A stretch of DNA of 48,918 bases from contig JANLTT010000294.1 of NCBI GenBank assembly GCA_031363115.1, positions 1 to 48,918 on the forward strand, read 5' to 3'. The notes beneath the pieces are model-generated. The model worked only from the letters and a program-made list of their open reading frames with translations, searched no databases and had not been told where the DNA came from. The stretch comes from Gemmatimonas sp. Its GTDB lineage: Bacteria > Gemmatimonadota > Gemmatimonadetes > Gemmatimonadales > Gemmatimonadaceae. Below are positions 24,720 to 34,395 of this stretch, piece after piece. The first letter of the stretch is position 1. Each line of letters opens with the position of its first letter. The position numbers were made by a program, and so were the translations under genes.

Positions 24720-25397
24720 TCAGCCGGCGAAGGGATGCCGGTCGTTCGAATCGGAAACGAAGCGCGCGAAATCGTCGGGGAGGGCACCGTGCGTGCGGCC
24801 GTCGGCGCCCAATGAGATGGTACCGCTCGCCAACGCCGCGATGCACCACGGATACAACTGGTGCTCCGCCTCAAGCACGCGCGCCGCGAGTGAGTTCGCC
24901 GTATCCGCGAGATGCACGGGAACCGGCCACTGCGCAATGATCGCCCCTTCGTCGTAGTGCTCCGTGACGAAGTGCACGGTCGGGCCCGAGAGCCGCGCAC
25001 CTGCGGCAATCACCGCCTCGTGCACGCGCTGGCCGTACATCCCCGCGCCTCCGAAGGCCGGCAAGAGCGCCGGATGCACATTCACCATGCGCCCGGTAAA
25101 GTCACGCACGACATCGGCCGGAATCAGTCGGAGATAGCCCGCGAGCGCGACATGCGTGATGCCATGCGCGGCGAGGACGGCACCAAGGGTGTCGTTCGCT
25201 TCTCGCGGGAGATGGATCGCGGGAATCCCCCAGCTTCGTGCACGGTCCAGCGCTCCGGCTCCGGTACGATCCGACACGACCAGTGCCAATTCGATGGGCG
25301 CCGCGTGACCGCGCCGCTGCAGGTCGTCGTGAATCGCCTGCAGGTTGCTGCCGCTACCAGAGGCGAGCACGGCGAGACGGGGGCGGGAGGTTCTCAC
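24720..25397 (-). CDS. purN: Phosphoribosylglycinamide formyltransferase
   Basis: ASG.GSNLQAI, LAGY, N.HP.LLP.FGG.GMYG, G.TVHFV...YD.G.II.Q, EH. Confidence 0.96.
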   Translation of the reverse strand: MRTSRPRLAVLASGSGSNLQAIHDDLQRRGHAAPIELALVVSDRTGAGALDRARSWGIPAIHLPREANDTLGAVLAAHGITHVALAGYLRLIPADVVRDFTGRMVNVHPALLPAFGGAGMYGQRVHEAVIAAGARLSGPTVHFVTEHYDEGAIIAQWPVPVHLADTANSLAARVLEAEHQLYPWCIAALASGTISLGADGRTHGALPDDFARFVSDSNDRHPFAG

Positions 25398-25963
25398 GCG
25401 GTCAGCTCGTCATCGGGGGCGGTAACCACCAGCGAGACGACATTGCCGAGCGACGTCTGCAATACGCCAAGGCCTCGGGCGCGCTCGATGTCCGCCTCCG
25501 GCGTGTTGTGGCTCGGCACGAGCCAACCGCGAAAGCCAAGCTCGAGTGCTGGGGCGACATCACGCCATCGATCACCGACACTCACCGAGTGCGCGAGATC
25601 AATTCCCATCTCGCGCGCGGCCTGACGGTGCAACCCGCTGCCTGGCTTCCGGCATTCGCACGGCCCTGAGATCGTGGTCTCGTGCGGGCAGTGATACGAC
25701 GCGTCGAGCGTGACCCCTTCGGCGGCGAGCAATGCATCGAGACGGCCGCGCACGCGTTGGTAGTCGTCCTCGGTGAGAAGACCACGTGCAATGCCCGACT
25801 GATTGGTGATCACGACCAGCAGGTAGCCCGCATCCACCAACCGCTTGAGGGCCGCGGGGACGCCCGGGAGGATCTCGACGAGATCGGGATCGCGCGGATA
25901 GTGATGGTCGCGAATGAGCGTGCCATCGCGATCAAGGAAGGCGGCGCGGCGCAGGGAAGTCAT
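25394..25963 (-). CDS. gmhB: HAD-IIIA phosphatase (D,D-heptose 1,7-bisphosphate phosphatase-like)
   Basis: FLDRDGT, TNQSGIARG, CPH...C.CRKP, GDR..D. Confidence 0.82.
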   Translation of the reverse strand: MTSLRRAAFLDRDGTLIRDHHYPRDPDLVEILPGVPAALKRLVDAGYLLVVITNQSGIARGLLTEDDYQRVRGRLDALLAAEGVTLDASYHCPHETTISGPCECRKPGSGLHRQAAREMGIDLAHSVSVGDRWRDVAPALELGFRGWLVPSHNTPEADIERARGLGVLQTSLGNVVSLVVTAPDDELTA

Positions 25964-27333
25964 TGCGCGGCACCGGTGGCGACGGGCACGGCATCAAGCA
26001 ACCGACGCGTGAGCAGAGCATCCTGCTCCGCAGGGATGCTGCGCAAGTCGAGCCTGAGGCGCCCATCACGAATGGTCGCAATCACCGGAAGCGCGTGACG
26101 ACGAAGCCGCGCTTCGAGCGCTTCCACCGCGCCGCCAATCGTCACCGCGCTCGACGGAATGCGTGCGGTCGGGAAGGCACCGCCCCCCACTGTGGCTTCG
26201 CTTGGTTCGACCTGCGCATCGGCACCGGCCTCGCGCAGCGCCTGCGCGAGCGACTCGGCGCGCGCCGTCACGTCGGCAAGCGAAGCGGTGAGCATCGCCA
26301 GCGCGGGAATCTCTCGCACGGCACGCGTGGGCTCACGGTACAGCGCGAGCGTCGCCTCGAGCGCGGCGAGCGTGAGCTTGTCCACGCGGAGCGCACGCGC
26401 CATCGGGTGACGCCGCAGTGTGTCAATTGCGCGCTTCTTGCCGACAATGATGCCAGCCTGCGGACCGCCGAGCAGCTTGTCGCCGCTGAAGAGCACGAGC
26501 GTGGCGCCCTCGCGCACGGCGTCACGCACGGTCGGCTCGCCGGTGAGTCCCCACGCAGAGAGGTCGAGCATGAGGCCGCTGCCGAAGTCGTTGATCAGCG
26601 GGACGTCCGCTTCGGCCGCCACCGGCACGAGTTCGGGAACCGTCGCCTCGGCAACAAAACCATCCACGGTGAAGTTGCTACGGTGCACCTTCACGATGGT
26701 CGCGGTCTGCGGCGTGAGCGCGCGGCGATAATCGGCGACATGCGTGCGATTCGTGGTGCCGACTTCAACGAGCGTGGTGCCGCTCGTCGCCATGATGTCG
26801 GGGACGCGGAAGCTGCCGCCAATCTCAATCAGCTCGCCGCGACTGACAATGGACTCGCGGCCGGCCGCCAGCGCTTGCAGTGTGAGGACGAGTCCCGCCG
26901 CGCAATTGTTCACGACGATCGCATCTTCGGCACCGGTGAGTTCGGCGAGCAATGCGGCGCAGTGCACATGACGCGAACCACGCGTGCCGGCCTCGACGTC
27001 GTACTCAAGGGTTGCCGCGCCACTCGCGATGCTGGCGATCGCCTCGATGGCGGCAGCGGCGAGTGGGGCCCGACCGAGATTCGTGTGCAACACCACACCG
27101 GTGGCGTTCAGGGCGGGGCGCAGCGTCGAGGCGGTGCGCGCGTCGAGCCATGCGCTGAGCGCGTCACTCCAGTCGGCGTCGCTCTCCGGAGGCAGCGCGC
27201 CGGCACGGGCATCAGCGACGAGCGCACGAATGCCCTCGGTCACGAGCTGACGCGGCCACTGCGCGAGCAAGGCTCGCACGGCGGGGCGATCGAGCGTCGT
27301 ACCGACGGCGGGGAGTGCGCGCGACGTGGTCAC
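25960..27333 (-). CDS. selA: L-seryl-tRNA(Sec) selenium transferase
   Basis: NATGVVLHTNLGRAPL, VNN.AA, SRGEL.EIGGSFR.PD, EVGTTNRT, FSGDKLLGGPQAG (PLP Lys), RALRVDK. Confidence 0.95.
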   Translation of the reverse strand: MTTSRALPAVGTTLDRPAVRALLAQWPRQLVTEGIRALVADARAGALPPESDADWSDALSAWLDARTASTLRPALNATGVVLHTNLGRAPLAAAAIEAIASIASGAATLEYDVEAGTRGSRHVHCAALLAELTGAEDAIVVNNCAAGLVLTLQALAAGRESIVSRGELIEIGGSFRVPDIMATSGTTLVEVGTTNRTHVADYRRALTPQTATIVKVHRSNFTVDGFVAEATVPELVPVAAEADVPLINDFGSGLMLDLSAWGLTGEPTVRDAVREGATLVLFSGDKLLGGPQAGIIVGKKRAIDTLRRHPMARALRVDKLTLAALEATLALYREPTRAVREIPALAMLTASLADVTARAESLAQALREAGADAQVEPSEATVGGGAFPTARIPSSAVTIGGAVEALEARLRRHALPVIATIRDGRLRLDLRSIPAEQDALLTRRLLDAVPVATGAAQ

Positions 27334-28697
27334 TGCGGCGGTCGGGTGAGGATGGCCGGCAGCGGCTCAGTCGGTGGCGTCGTCGCTGCCTCGGGCTTCG
27401 GCTCTGACTTTGCCTCGGGCTCGCGCACGCGCACGTCGCGCGTCGTCTCCGCGCGCCTGCCGTTCAGGCCGGGCGCGTCCACGACGCGAAGCTTGTAGAG
27501 GCCCGGGCGCAGGGGCGCGGCGAGTCGAATCGTCCACTGTTGAATTGGACGGATTCGCTCGAACTTTGGAGGGGGCACCACGGGGACGGTGTCCGCGGCG
27601 GCGTCCGCTGCCGCAGTGTCCGCGCGGGGGGCTGCTGCAGCCGCGCCCGTCGTGTCCCTCGCGGCACGCGCCGTTGTGGAATCGGCTGCGAGCGAATCGA
27701 CAGCGAGTGAATCCGCCGCACTCTTCTTCGCCGCGAGGGCTTCGATCCGCGCGAGCGAATCGTACACGGCGCTCGGCATCAGCGAACCGCCGAGCGGCAC
27801 CTCAACGGAATCGGCGTTGAAGAGGGTCACGGAGCCGGCTGGATCCCAGTCTCCCACAATGGCACGGTCGAAGCGAATGCGCAGCGCCGTGGAGTCCACG
27901 AACTCCACCTGTTCGATGCGCGGCGGCATCGTGTCGCGGATGAAGGCGTAGAGATCCGCGCGACCGAGCGTGTCAATGGTGACGGAGCTCGTGTCGTAGG
28001 GTTCACGATCGCCGAGCCGCCGATCGTTGTTGGCATCGATGTACGCGCGCACGACATATGTGCCCGCGGTGAGATCGCGGACGCGGAAACGTCCCGAAGA
28101 GTCCGCGCGCGCCACCCATCGCAACACGGTGTCGCTCGGGAGAAAGATCTCGACCTGCGCATTGGGCGCTGCCTTGCCGGCCGCGTAGTCGAACACGGCG
28201 CCAATCACTTCGCCGTTGGGGAGAGAAGGACCAGTGGAGAACACCCACTCAGTCGGCACGCTGATCGTGTTGCCGCGGAGGTCAGCGACACCGGGAAGCA
28301 CGGTGACGCGATACGCGGTGTTGGGGCGGAAGCCGCGCCGTGGGCTGATCTCAATCGCGGTGCGCCGCCAGGTGACTTCATCCCGCCCGTCGCTCGGCGA
28401 AAGCGACACGATGCTCGCCAGCGTGCCACCAGCCGATCCCCCCGGACTCGCAGTGCGTGACTGCGATGCGCCACCGCCACTCCCGGGCCGCTCGCTGATC
28501 ACTTCATCAAAATGGATGAGCGCGGACTTCGCCTGCACATTCACGGCGTTCGTGTCCGGCGAGATGCGCACGATGAGCGGCGTCTCCGGATCCGGCGGCC
28601 CGCCGGGAGGCAGGCCAGGGGAGGCGCAGGCCGCGACGATGCCGCTCACGAGCGTCATCGCCATTGCCACCCAAGCACCACGCCGCAATGGCATCAT
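27330..28697 (-). CDS. Ig-like (Big_5/SbsA-type) domain lipoprotein
   Basis: Lipobox VAA|C, CA....P.GGP.D..PP-like, FDE, NT.Y, D..GN, FSTG; ATG 28697 overlaps the valS TGA. Confidence 0.8.
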   Translation of the reverse strand: MMPLRRGAWVAMAMTLVSGIVAACASPGLPPGGPPDPETPLIVRISPDTNAVNVQAKSALIHFDEVISERPGSGGGASQSRTASPGGSAGGTLASIVSLSPSDGRDEVTWRRTAIEISPRRGFRPNTAYRVTVLPGVADLRGNTISVPTEWVFSTGPSLPNGEVIGAVFDYAAGKAAPNAQVEIFLPSDTVLRWVARADSSGRFRVRDLTAGTYVVRAYIDANNDRRLGDREPYDTSSVTIDTLGRADLYAFIRDTMPPRIEQVEFVDSTALRIRFDRAIVGDWDPAGSVTLFNADSVEVPLGGSLMPSAVYDSLARIEALAAKKSAADSLAVDSLAADSTTARAARDTTGAAAAAPRADTAAADAAADTVPVVPPPKFERIRPIQQWTIRLAAPLRPGLYKLRVVDAPGLNGRRAETTRDVRVREPEAKSEPKPEAATTPPTEPLPAILTRPPQ

Positions 28698-31447
28698 CCG
28701 ACCAGCTCCTGGACCTTTTGTTCCAACTGCGCGCAGCGCGCGGCCCACTCGCGCTCCTTCGCGCGCTCGGCCTCCACGACGGCGGGCGGTGCCTTGGCCG
28801 TGAACTTCTCGTTCGAGAGGCGTCCACGCAGGGCATCAAGTTGCTTCGACAGGTTGCTCAACTCGCCTTGTAAGCGCGCGCGCTCCTTCTCGAGGTCCAC
28901 CATCCCCTCGAGCGGAAGCGAGAGCTCGAGCCCACTGGTCAGCACGGCCTGCGCGGCTGCTCCAGTCGGCGCGGCACCCACGATAACTTCGCAGCGCGCG
29001 AGTCGCTGAATGAGCGCGGACGCGGCACCAAGAGGCGCGGCCTTCTCACTCGCGGCCACGAAGGCCTTGATGGGATGGCCCGGCTGCACGCCGTACTCGG
29101 CGCGCAACGTGCGGATGGCGTCAATCGCCTCGCGCACGACTTCGAACTCGGCGCCCACGTCGCCACTCGTGCGACGGGTTGGCCATGCGGAAACCGCGAC
29201 AAAGCGGCCAGCGCCCTGACCCGGAAGTCGCTGCCAGAGCGCTTCCGTGACGAACGGCATGATTGGATGCAGCAGACGAAGTCCGTGGTCGAAGACGTGC
29301 ACCAGTACACTGCGCGCGATCTCGCGGTCCGCGCCCGGCGTGGCGAGACGCGGCTTGAGCGCCTCGACGTACCAGTCCGCCAACTCGTTCCACACGAAAC
29401 GGCGTGCCGCTTCGGCGTACGCATCGAGTCGCATCCCCATCTGTCGTTCCTGCTCCGGCCACTTGCCGTGCGCGGGGCGCGCCGGCCCGAGCGCCGCATC
29501 GCACTCGGCGATGGCGTCGTCGAGGCGGCCAAGAATCCACCGATCCTCAAGTCGCAGCGACGCGGCATCAATCGGAAGCGGTGCGATGGCGTCATCGCCA
29601 ACCTGCAGCAGAATGAAGCGCCCGATATTCCAGAGCTTGGTCGCGAAGTTGCGCCCGGGCGCGAACGACTTGTCGAGGTCGTTGGGGTCAAGCATGACAT
29701 CCACGCCGAGTCCCATGCCCTGAATGAGCGTCCAGCGCAGCGCATCGGCGCCGTAGCGTTCCACGACGTCGAGTGGATCAATGCCATTGCCGAGCGACTT
29801 GGACATCTTGCGATGCTGCATGTCGCGCACGGTGCCGTGGAGATACACGGTGTGAAAGGCGGGCTCGCCCATGAACTCGTAGCCCGCCATGATCATGCGG
29901 GCGACCCAGAAGAAGAGAATCTCCGGGGCAGTGACGAGCACGTCGCTCGGGAAGAACGCCTTCAGGTCCTTCGCATCGGCATTGGGCCACCCCATCGTGC
30001 TGATGGGCCAGAGCCAGGACGAGAACCACGTGTCGAGGACGTCGGCATCCTGGCTGATGATCCTCGCGCCGCACTGACGGCAGGCGGTCGGATCCTCGCG
30101 ATACGCGTCGGCGTGCAAGTTCTCGCAGGTGAAGACCGGAATGCGATGGCCCCACCAGAGCTGACGCGAGATGTTCCAGTCGCGAATGCCCTCGAGCCAA
30201 TTGATGTAGACCTTCTCGTGCTTCTCGGGGAGGAGGCGAATGGTGCCGTCCTTCACGGCCGCCAGTGCGGGCGCGGCGAGCGGCGCCATCTTGACGAACC
30301 ACTGATCGGAGAGCCGCGGCTCCACGACCGTCTCGCAGCGATAGCAACGGCGCACGGAGTTGGCGTGGCGTTCGACCTTCACGAGCGCACCCGAGGCTTC
30401 AAGCAGCTTCACGATCTTCTTGCGCGCATCGAATCGATCGAGCCCGACGAGATCAGCCGGGATGCGATGCACATCGTCGGCGTGCATCACGTTCATCTTG
30501 CCGGTCGGGTCAATCACCACCGGCATGGCGAGTCCGTGACGCTTGCCGACTTCGAAGTCGTTCGCGTCGTGGGCCGGCGTGATCTTGAGCGCACCGGTGC
30601 CGAAATCCTTCTCCACGTAGCTGTCGGCGATGACGGGCAGACGAATGCCGGTCATGGGGAGGAGTACGTCCTTGCCCACAAAGGCGGCGTAGCGCTCGTC
30701 CTCGGGATGCACAGCGATGGCGACGTCGGCGAGAATCGTCTCGGGGCGCGTCGTCGCAATCGTGATGCCCTGCGAGGGATCATCCGCAAAGAGGTAGCGC
30801 ACATGGTGCATCGCGCCTTCGCTGTCGTGGAACTCCGCCTCTTCGTCGGAGAGGGAGGTCAGGCAGCGCGGGCACCAGTGAATGACGCGATGGCCGCGAT
30901 AGACCAGCCCCTTCTCGTAGAGCCGCACGAAGGCTTCCCGTACGGCGCTCGAGAGCTCGGGCGTCAGCGTGTAGGCGGTGCGCGAGAAATCGGCGGAGGC
31001 GCCGATGGCCTTGAGCTGCTGCAGGATGACGCCGCCCGTCTCCTCAACGAACTGCTCGGTGCGCTTCACGAAGGCGTCGCGCCCCAAGTCAAAGCGCGTC
31101 TTGCCTTCCTTGGCGATGATCTTCTCGACGACGTTCTGTGTGGCGATGCCGGCGTGGTCGGTGCCGGGGAGCCAGAGCGCTTCGTCGCCCGCCATGCGGC
31201 GCCAACGAATCAGCACGTCCTGCACGGTGTTGTTGAGGCCGTGGCCAACGTGCAGCACCGCGGTCACGTTCGGGGGCGGAATGAGCACCGTGAAGGGATC
31301 GCGGTCGCCGCCCAAGCGGGTCGTGCGCTCGGCCTGCGCGCGAAACAAACCCGCGTCCTGCCACGCCTTGGTCAGGCCCGGTTCGGCTGCGGCAAAATCG
31401 AAGAGAGTCGGGAACTCAGCGGCGGTCGTATCTGGTGTCTCGGACAT
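28694..31447 (-). CDS. valS: Valine--tRNA ligase
   Basis: PPPNVT..LHVGH, GTDHAGIATQ, TTRPET, SRQLWWGHRIP, DTWFSS, KMSKS, C-terminal coiled coil. Confidence 0.98.
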   Translation of the reverse strand: MSETPDTTAAEFPTLFDFAAAEPGLTKAWQDAGLFRAQAERTTRLGGDRDPFTVLIPPPNVTAVLHVGHGLNNTVQDVLIRWRRMAGDEALWLPGTDHAGIATQNVVEKIIAKEGKTRFDLGRDAFVKRTEQFVEETGGVILQQLKAIGASADFSRTAYTLTPELSSAVREAFVRLYEKGLVYRGHRVIHWCPRCLTSLSDEEAEFHDSEGAMHHVRYLFADDPSQGITIATTRPETILADVAIAVHPEDERYAAFVGKDVLLPMTGIRLPVIADSYVEKDFGTGALKITPAHDANDFEVGKRHGLAMPVVIDPTGKMNVMHADDVHRIPADLVGLDRFDARKKIVKLLEASGALVKVERHANSVRRCYRCETVVEPRLSDQWFVKMAPLAAPALAAVKDGTIRLLPEKHEKVYINWLEGIRDWNISRQLWWGHRIPVFTCENLHADAYREDPTACRQCGARIISQDADVLDTWFSSWLWPISTMGWPNADAKDLKAFFPSDVLVTAPEILFFWVARMIMAGYEFMGEPAFHTVYLHGTVRDMQHRKMSKSLGNGIDPLDVVERYGADALRWTLIQGMGLGVDVMLDPNDLDKSFAPGRNFATKLWNIGRFILLQVGDDAIAPLPIDAASLRLEDRWILGRLDDAIAECDAALGPARPAHGKWPEQERQMGMRLDAYAEAARRFVWNELADWYVEALKPRLATPGADREIARSVLVHVFDHGLRLLHPIMPFVTEALWQRLPGQGAGRFVAVSAWPTRRTSGDVGAEFEVVREAIDAIRTLRAEYGVQPGHPIKAFVAASEKAAPLGAASALIQRLARCEVIVGAAPTGAAAQAVLTSGLELSLPLEGMVDLEKERARLQGELSNLSKQLDALRGRLSNEKFTAKAPPAVVEAERAKEREWAARCAQLEQKVQELVG

Positions 31448-31453
31448 CCCTGA

Positions 31454-31459
31454 AAGCTA
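31454..31459 (-). promoter_or_regulatory. Putative -10 box (TAGCTT) 6 nt before the valS ATG (leaderless)
   Basis: TAGCTT-tcaggg-ATG on the minus strand. Confidence 0.5.
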
Positions 31460-31489
31460 GCCGCCGAACAAGGCGCCAACTACCGCCAT

Positions 31490-32110
31490 TTAGCGGCGGC
31501 GACGTGCCACTTCGAGCTCCTGCCGGACCTTCGTGACCCCGGGGACGCCGCGAGCGAGGGTGACGGCGTGGGCCACCTCCTTCGGAGTGCGAACCGACCC
31601 GAACAGGGTAACGGTCCCAGCGTCATCGTCGGCATCAATCTCGACATCGCGTTCGGAGAGGATGGGGTCGTTCTCGAAGGCTTCCAGCACCCGGCGGCCG
31701 ATGAGCGGGTCATCGACGGAGTCCAACTCCTCCTCGTCGTCCGCTTCATCCAGATCGTCTTCGTCGAGGTCTTCGTCAAGTTCGGCCTCGGTCTCGACCC
31801 CGTCCTCGTCCCCCTCCTCCAGTGCGTCGTAGGCTTCATCTTCGACGTCGTCCTCGTCGTAGCGCGCTCCCAGCGTGGAGCGGCTCCCGAAGGCCTCCTT
31901 GAGATCGAGGGCAAGGGCGAGCATCGGCCCCCACTCGGCGCGAGCGGTTTGCACGAGGGTCCGTGCGCGGCGCAGCAGCCCGCGCGGATTCCGGCCGCTG
32001 AATTTCTCGGCGGCCAGGACGCCGGCCGTCACGCCGATGGCGGCGCCGGCCACCATCCACAGGATCCACCGCTCGCGGCGGGTGTCTTCATTGACTTTGA
32101 TGACGCGCAT
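31490..32110 (-). CDS. BON domain protein with N-terminal TM and acidic linker
   Basis: ATG 32110 with AAGG RBS; TM GAAIGVTAG; BON domain RVLEAF.NDP.L....EI...G.VTL.G.V....A...ARGVPGV..V. Confidence 0.8.
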   Translation of the reverse strand: MRVIKVNEDTRRERWILWMVAGAAIGVTAGVLAAEKFSGRNPRGLLRRARTLVQTARAEWGPMLALALDLKEAFGSRSTLGARYDEDDVEDEAYDALEEGDEDGVETEAELDEDLDEDDLDEADDEEELDSVDDPLIGRRVLEAFENDPILSERDVEIDADDDAGTVTLFGSVRTPKEVAHAVTLARGVPGVTKVRQELEVARRRR

Positions 32111-32266
32111 GCTGTTGCCTTTCGCAGGGTTGGCGCGGGATTTCAGGGGTTCCGCGCTTGGCGGGGGTGTTGGCCCCCGGCTACTTTGAACGTGTCCACG
32201 CGCGCCCGGCGGGGCAAGCGTTGTCCCGCGCGGTGCCGGCGCGTTCCGCCACTCCTGAGCTCGCGA

Positions 32267-32440
32267 ATGACCGTTCCCTCGCCTTCCGTTATTGCCCCTG
32301 CTACCCCGGAGCCGCCGCGCCATGCCTGGCGCAACGGACTCCTCTGGACTGCCTTTGTCCTCGTGCTGGTCGGCGGGCTCGTGCTCGCGGCACTCCATGG
32401 CGGGTCTGCCCCCATCTTGCTCGAAACGGTGACCCCATGA
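32267..32440 (+). CDS. Small single-TM hypothetical protein (57 aa) coupled to thrS
   Basis: MTVPSP...WRNGLLWTAFVLVLVGGLVLAAL...; its TGA overlaps the thrS ATG (ATGA). Confidence 0.6.
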   Translation: MTVPSPSVIAPATPEPPRHAWRNGLLWTAFVLVLVGGLVLAALHGGSAPILLETVTP

Positions 32441-34395
32441 GCACGGCGGCTGAGATGGTTGTCCTGACCCTCCCGGATGGCAAGACGCGCGAGGTCCCGC
32501 CGGGTACTCCCGCGCGCGACGTGGTCGCGAGCATCGGCGCCGGGTTACTAAAGGCGTCCATCGCCGTCGCGGTGGATGGTGAGATCCTTGATCTCATGAC
32601 CCCGATGCGAATTAGCGGTGCCTTCCAGGTGCTGACCGATAAGGATCCTCGCGCCCTCGGCGTCCTGCGCCACTCGGGCGCGCACATCCTCGCCACGGCG
32701 GTCCGTCGCCTGCGTCCCGAGGCCAAGATCGGCTTCGGTCCCGCGATTGACGACGGCTTCTACTACGACTTCGAAGTCGACAAGCCCTTCACTCCCGAGG
32801 ATCTCGAGGCCTTTGAGGCCGAGATGGTCAAGGTGGTGGCGGAGAAGTACCCGTTCGTGCGCGCCGAGGTGACGCAGGAAGGGGCGCGAAAGGTGTTCGC
32901 CGATGATCCGCTCAAGCTGGAGCGCCTCGACGACTTCACCGATCCCTCCGAGATTATCTCGACCTACACGGACGGGCCTTTCGTGGACCTCTGCCGTGGT
33001 CCGCACGTCCCGGATACCTCGTACCTCAAGAACTTCAAACTCCTCTCGGCGGCCGGTGCCTATTGGCGCGGCGACGAGAAGCGCCAGATGTTGCAGCGCA
33101 TCTACGCGACGGCCTTCTTCAAGAAGGAAGAGCTCGACGCGCACATTCATCGCCTCTCCGAGGCGAAGAAGCGCGACCATCGCGTGCTCGGCAAGCAACT
33201 GGAGCTTTTCCAGTTCTTTCCGCAGGCGCCGGGTGCCGCCTTCTGGACGCCGAAGGGCACGGCGATGTGGAATGCGCTCGAAGGCTTTGTGCGCGAGCGG
33301 CAGCGCGATGAGTTCCTCGAGATCAAGACGCCGCTCCTCTATACCAAGAAGCTGTGGGAGCAGTCTGGGCATTGGGGCAAGTACCGCGAGAACATGTTCC
33401 TCGTGCTCGACAACGAGAGCGGGGAGCATGACATCTCGCTCAAGCCGATGAACTGCCCGTCCCATCATCTGTATTTCGGCTCGACCAAGCATTCCTACCG
33501 TGAGTTGCCGAAGCGCTACGTCACCTTCGACGTGCTGCATCGCAACGAGCTCTCTGGTGCGCTGAGCGGGTTGACGCGCGTGCGCCAATTCTCGCAGGAC
33601 GATTGCCATGTGTATCTCCGCGAGGATCAGATCGCGGACGAGGTGAAGTTCCTCATGGATTTTATCCTCGCCTACTACGACACCTTCGGGCTCGAGGCGC
33701 GCCTCAAGTTCGCAACGCGGCCGGCCGAGCGCATCGGCAGCGACGAGCTGTGGGACCGCGCGGAAGGCGCCCTCAAGGCCGCCCTCGAGAGCACCGGCCG
33801 TCCGTATGAACTGAAGGAAGGGGACGGCGCCTTCTACGGCCCGAAGATCGACTTCGATGTCATGGATTCGATTGGTCGCGCCTGGCAGCTCGGCACCATC
33901 CAGCTCGACTACAACGCGCCGGAGCGCTTCGACCTCAGCTACACGGGCGAGGACAACGCCGCCCATCGTCCGGTCGTGATTCACCGCGCGGTGAGCGGGA
34001 GCTTTGAGCGGTTCATTGCCATCCTGATTGAGCACTTCGCCGGGGCCTTCCCGGTCTGGTTGGCGCCCGAGCAGGTGCGCGTCTTGCCGATCTCTGACGA
34101 CGTGACGGGGTATGCCCGAGAGGTGACGGCGAAACTCCGTGCGGCCGGCATCCGTGCTGTCTGTGATGATCGCAGCGACACGTTGAACTATCGGATCCGG
34201 GACGGCGAGATGATGAAGGTTCCCTACATGGTGGTCTGCGGGAAGCGTGAGGCCGAGGCGGGGCAGGTGGCCGTGCGCGTCCGCGGCGTCGGGAAGAAGC
34301 AGGAGGTCGTCGCGGTGGATGACTTTCTGGCCCGCATCACCGAAGAGGTCCGCACGCGCGCCTTGACGCCATCTTCGGCCGGCGAGGAACAGTGA
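32437..34395 (+). CDS. thrS: Threonine--tRNA ligase
   Basis: TGS domain TLPDG, RHS.AH, DLCRGPH, GAYWRGD, KPMNCP, GAFYGPKID, TIQLD, HRA..GS.ERF; ATG 32437. Confidence 0.98.
   Translation: MSTAAEMVVLTLPDGKTREVPPGTPARDVVASIGAGLLKASIAVAVDGEILDLMTPMRISGAFQVLTDKDPRALGVLRHSGAHILATAVRRLRPEAKIGFGPAIDDGFYYDFEVDKPFTPEDLEAFEAEMVKVVAEKYPFVRAEVTQEGARKVFADDPLKLERLDDFTDPSEIISTYTDGPFVDLCRGPHVPDTSYLKNFKLLSAAGAYWRGDEKRQMLQRIYATAFFKKEELDAHIHRLSEAKKRDHRVLGKQLELFQFFPQAPGAAFWTPKGTAMWNALEGFVRERQRDEFLEIKTPLLYTKKLWEQSGHWGKYRENMFLVLDNESGEHDISLKPMNCPSHHLYFGSTKHSYRELPKRYVTFDVLHRNELSGALSGLTRVRQFSQDDCHVYLREDQIADEVKFLMDFILAYYDTFGLEARLKFATRPAERIGSDELWDRAEGALKAALESTGRPYELKEGDGAFYGPKIDFDVMDSIGRAWQLGTIQLDYNAPERFDLSYTGEDNAAHRPVVIHRAVSGSFERFIAILIEHFAGAFPVWLAPEQVRVLPISDDVTGYAREVTAKLRAAGIRAVCDDRSDTLNYRIRDGEMMKVPYMVVCGKREAEAGQVAVRVRGVGKKQEVVAVDDFLARITEEVRTRALTPSSAGEEQ

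Noticed and set aside
29075-31453. 792-aa + strand ORF and other long antisense ORFs (e.g. 32548-34470, 5001-6707, 43009-44946, 47116-48498)
   Set aside because: Shadow frames opposite well-supported genes; expected in high-GC DNA and lacking recognisable motifs.
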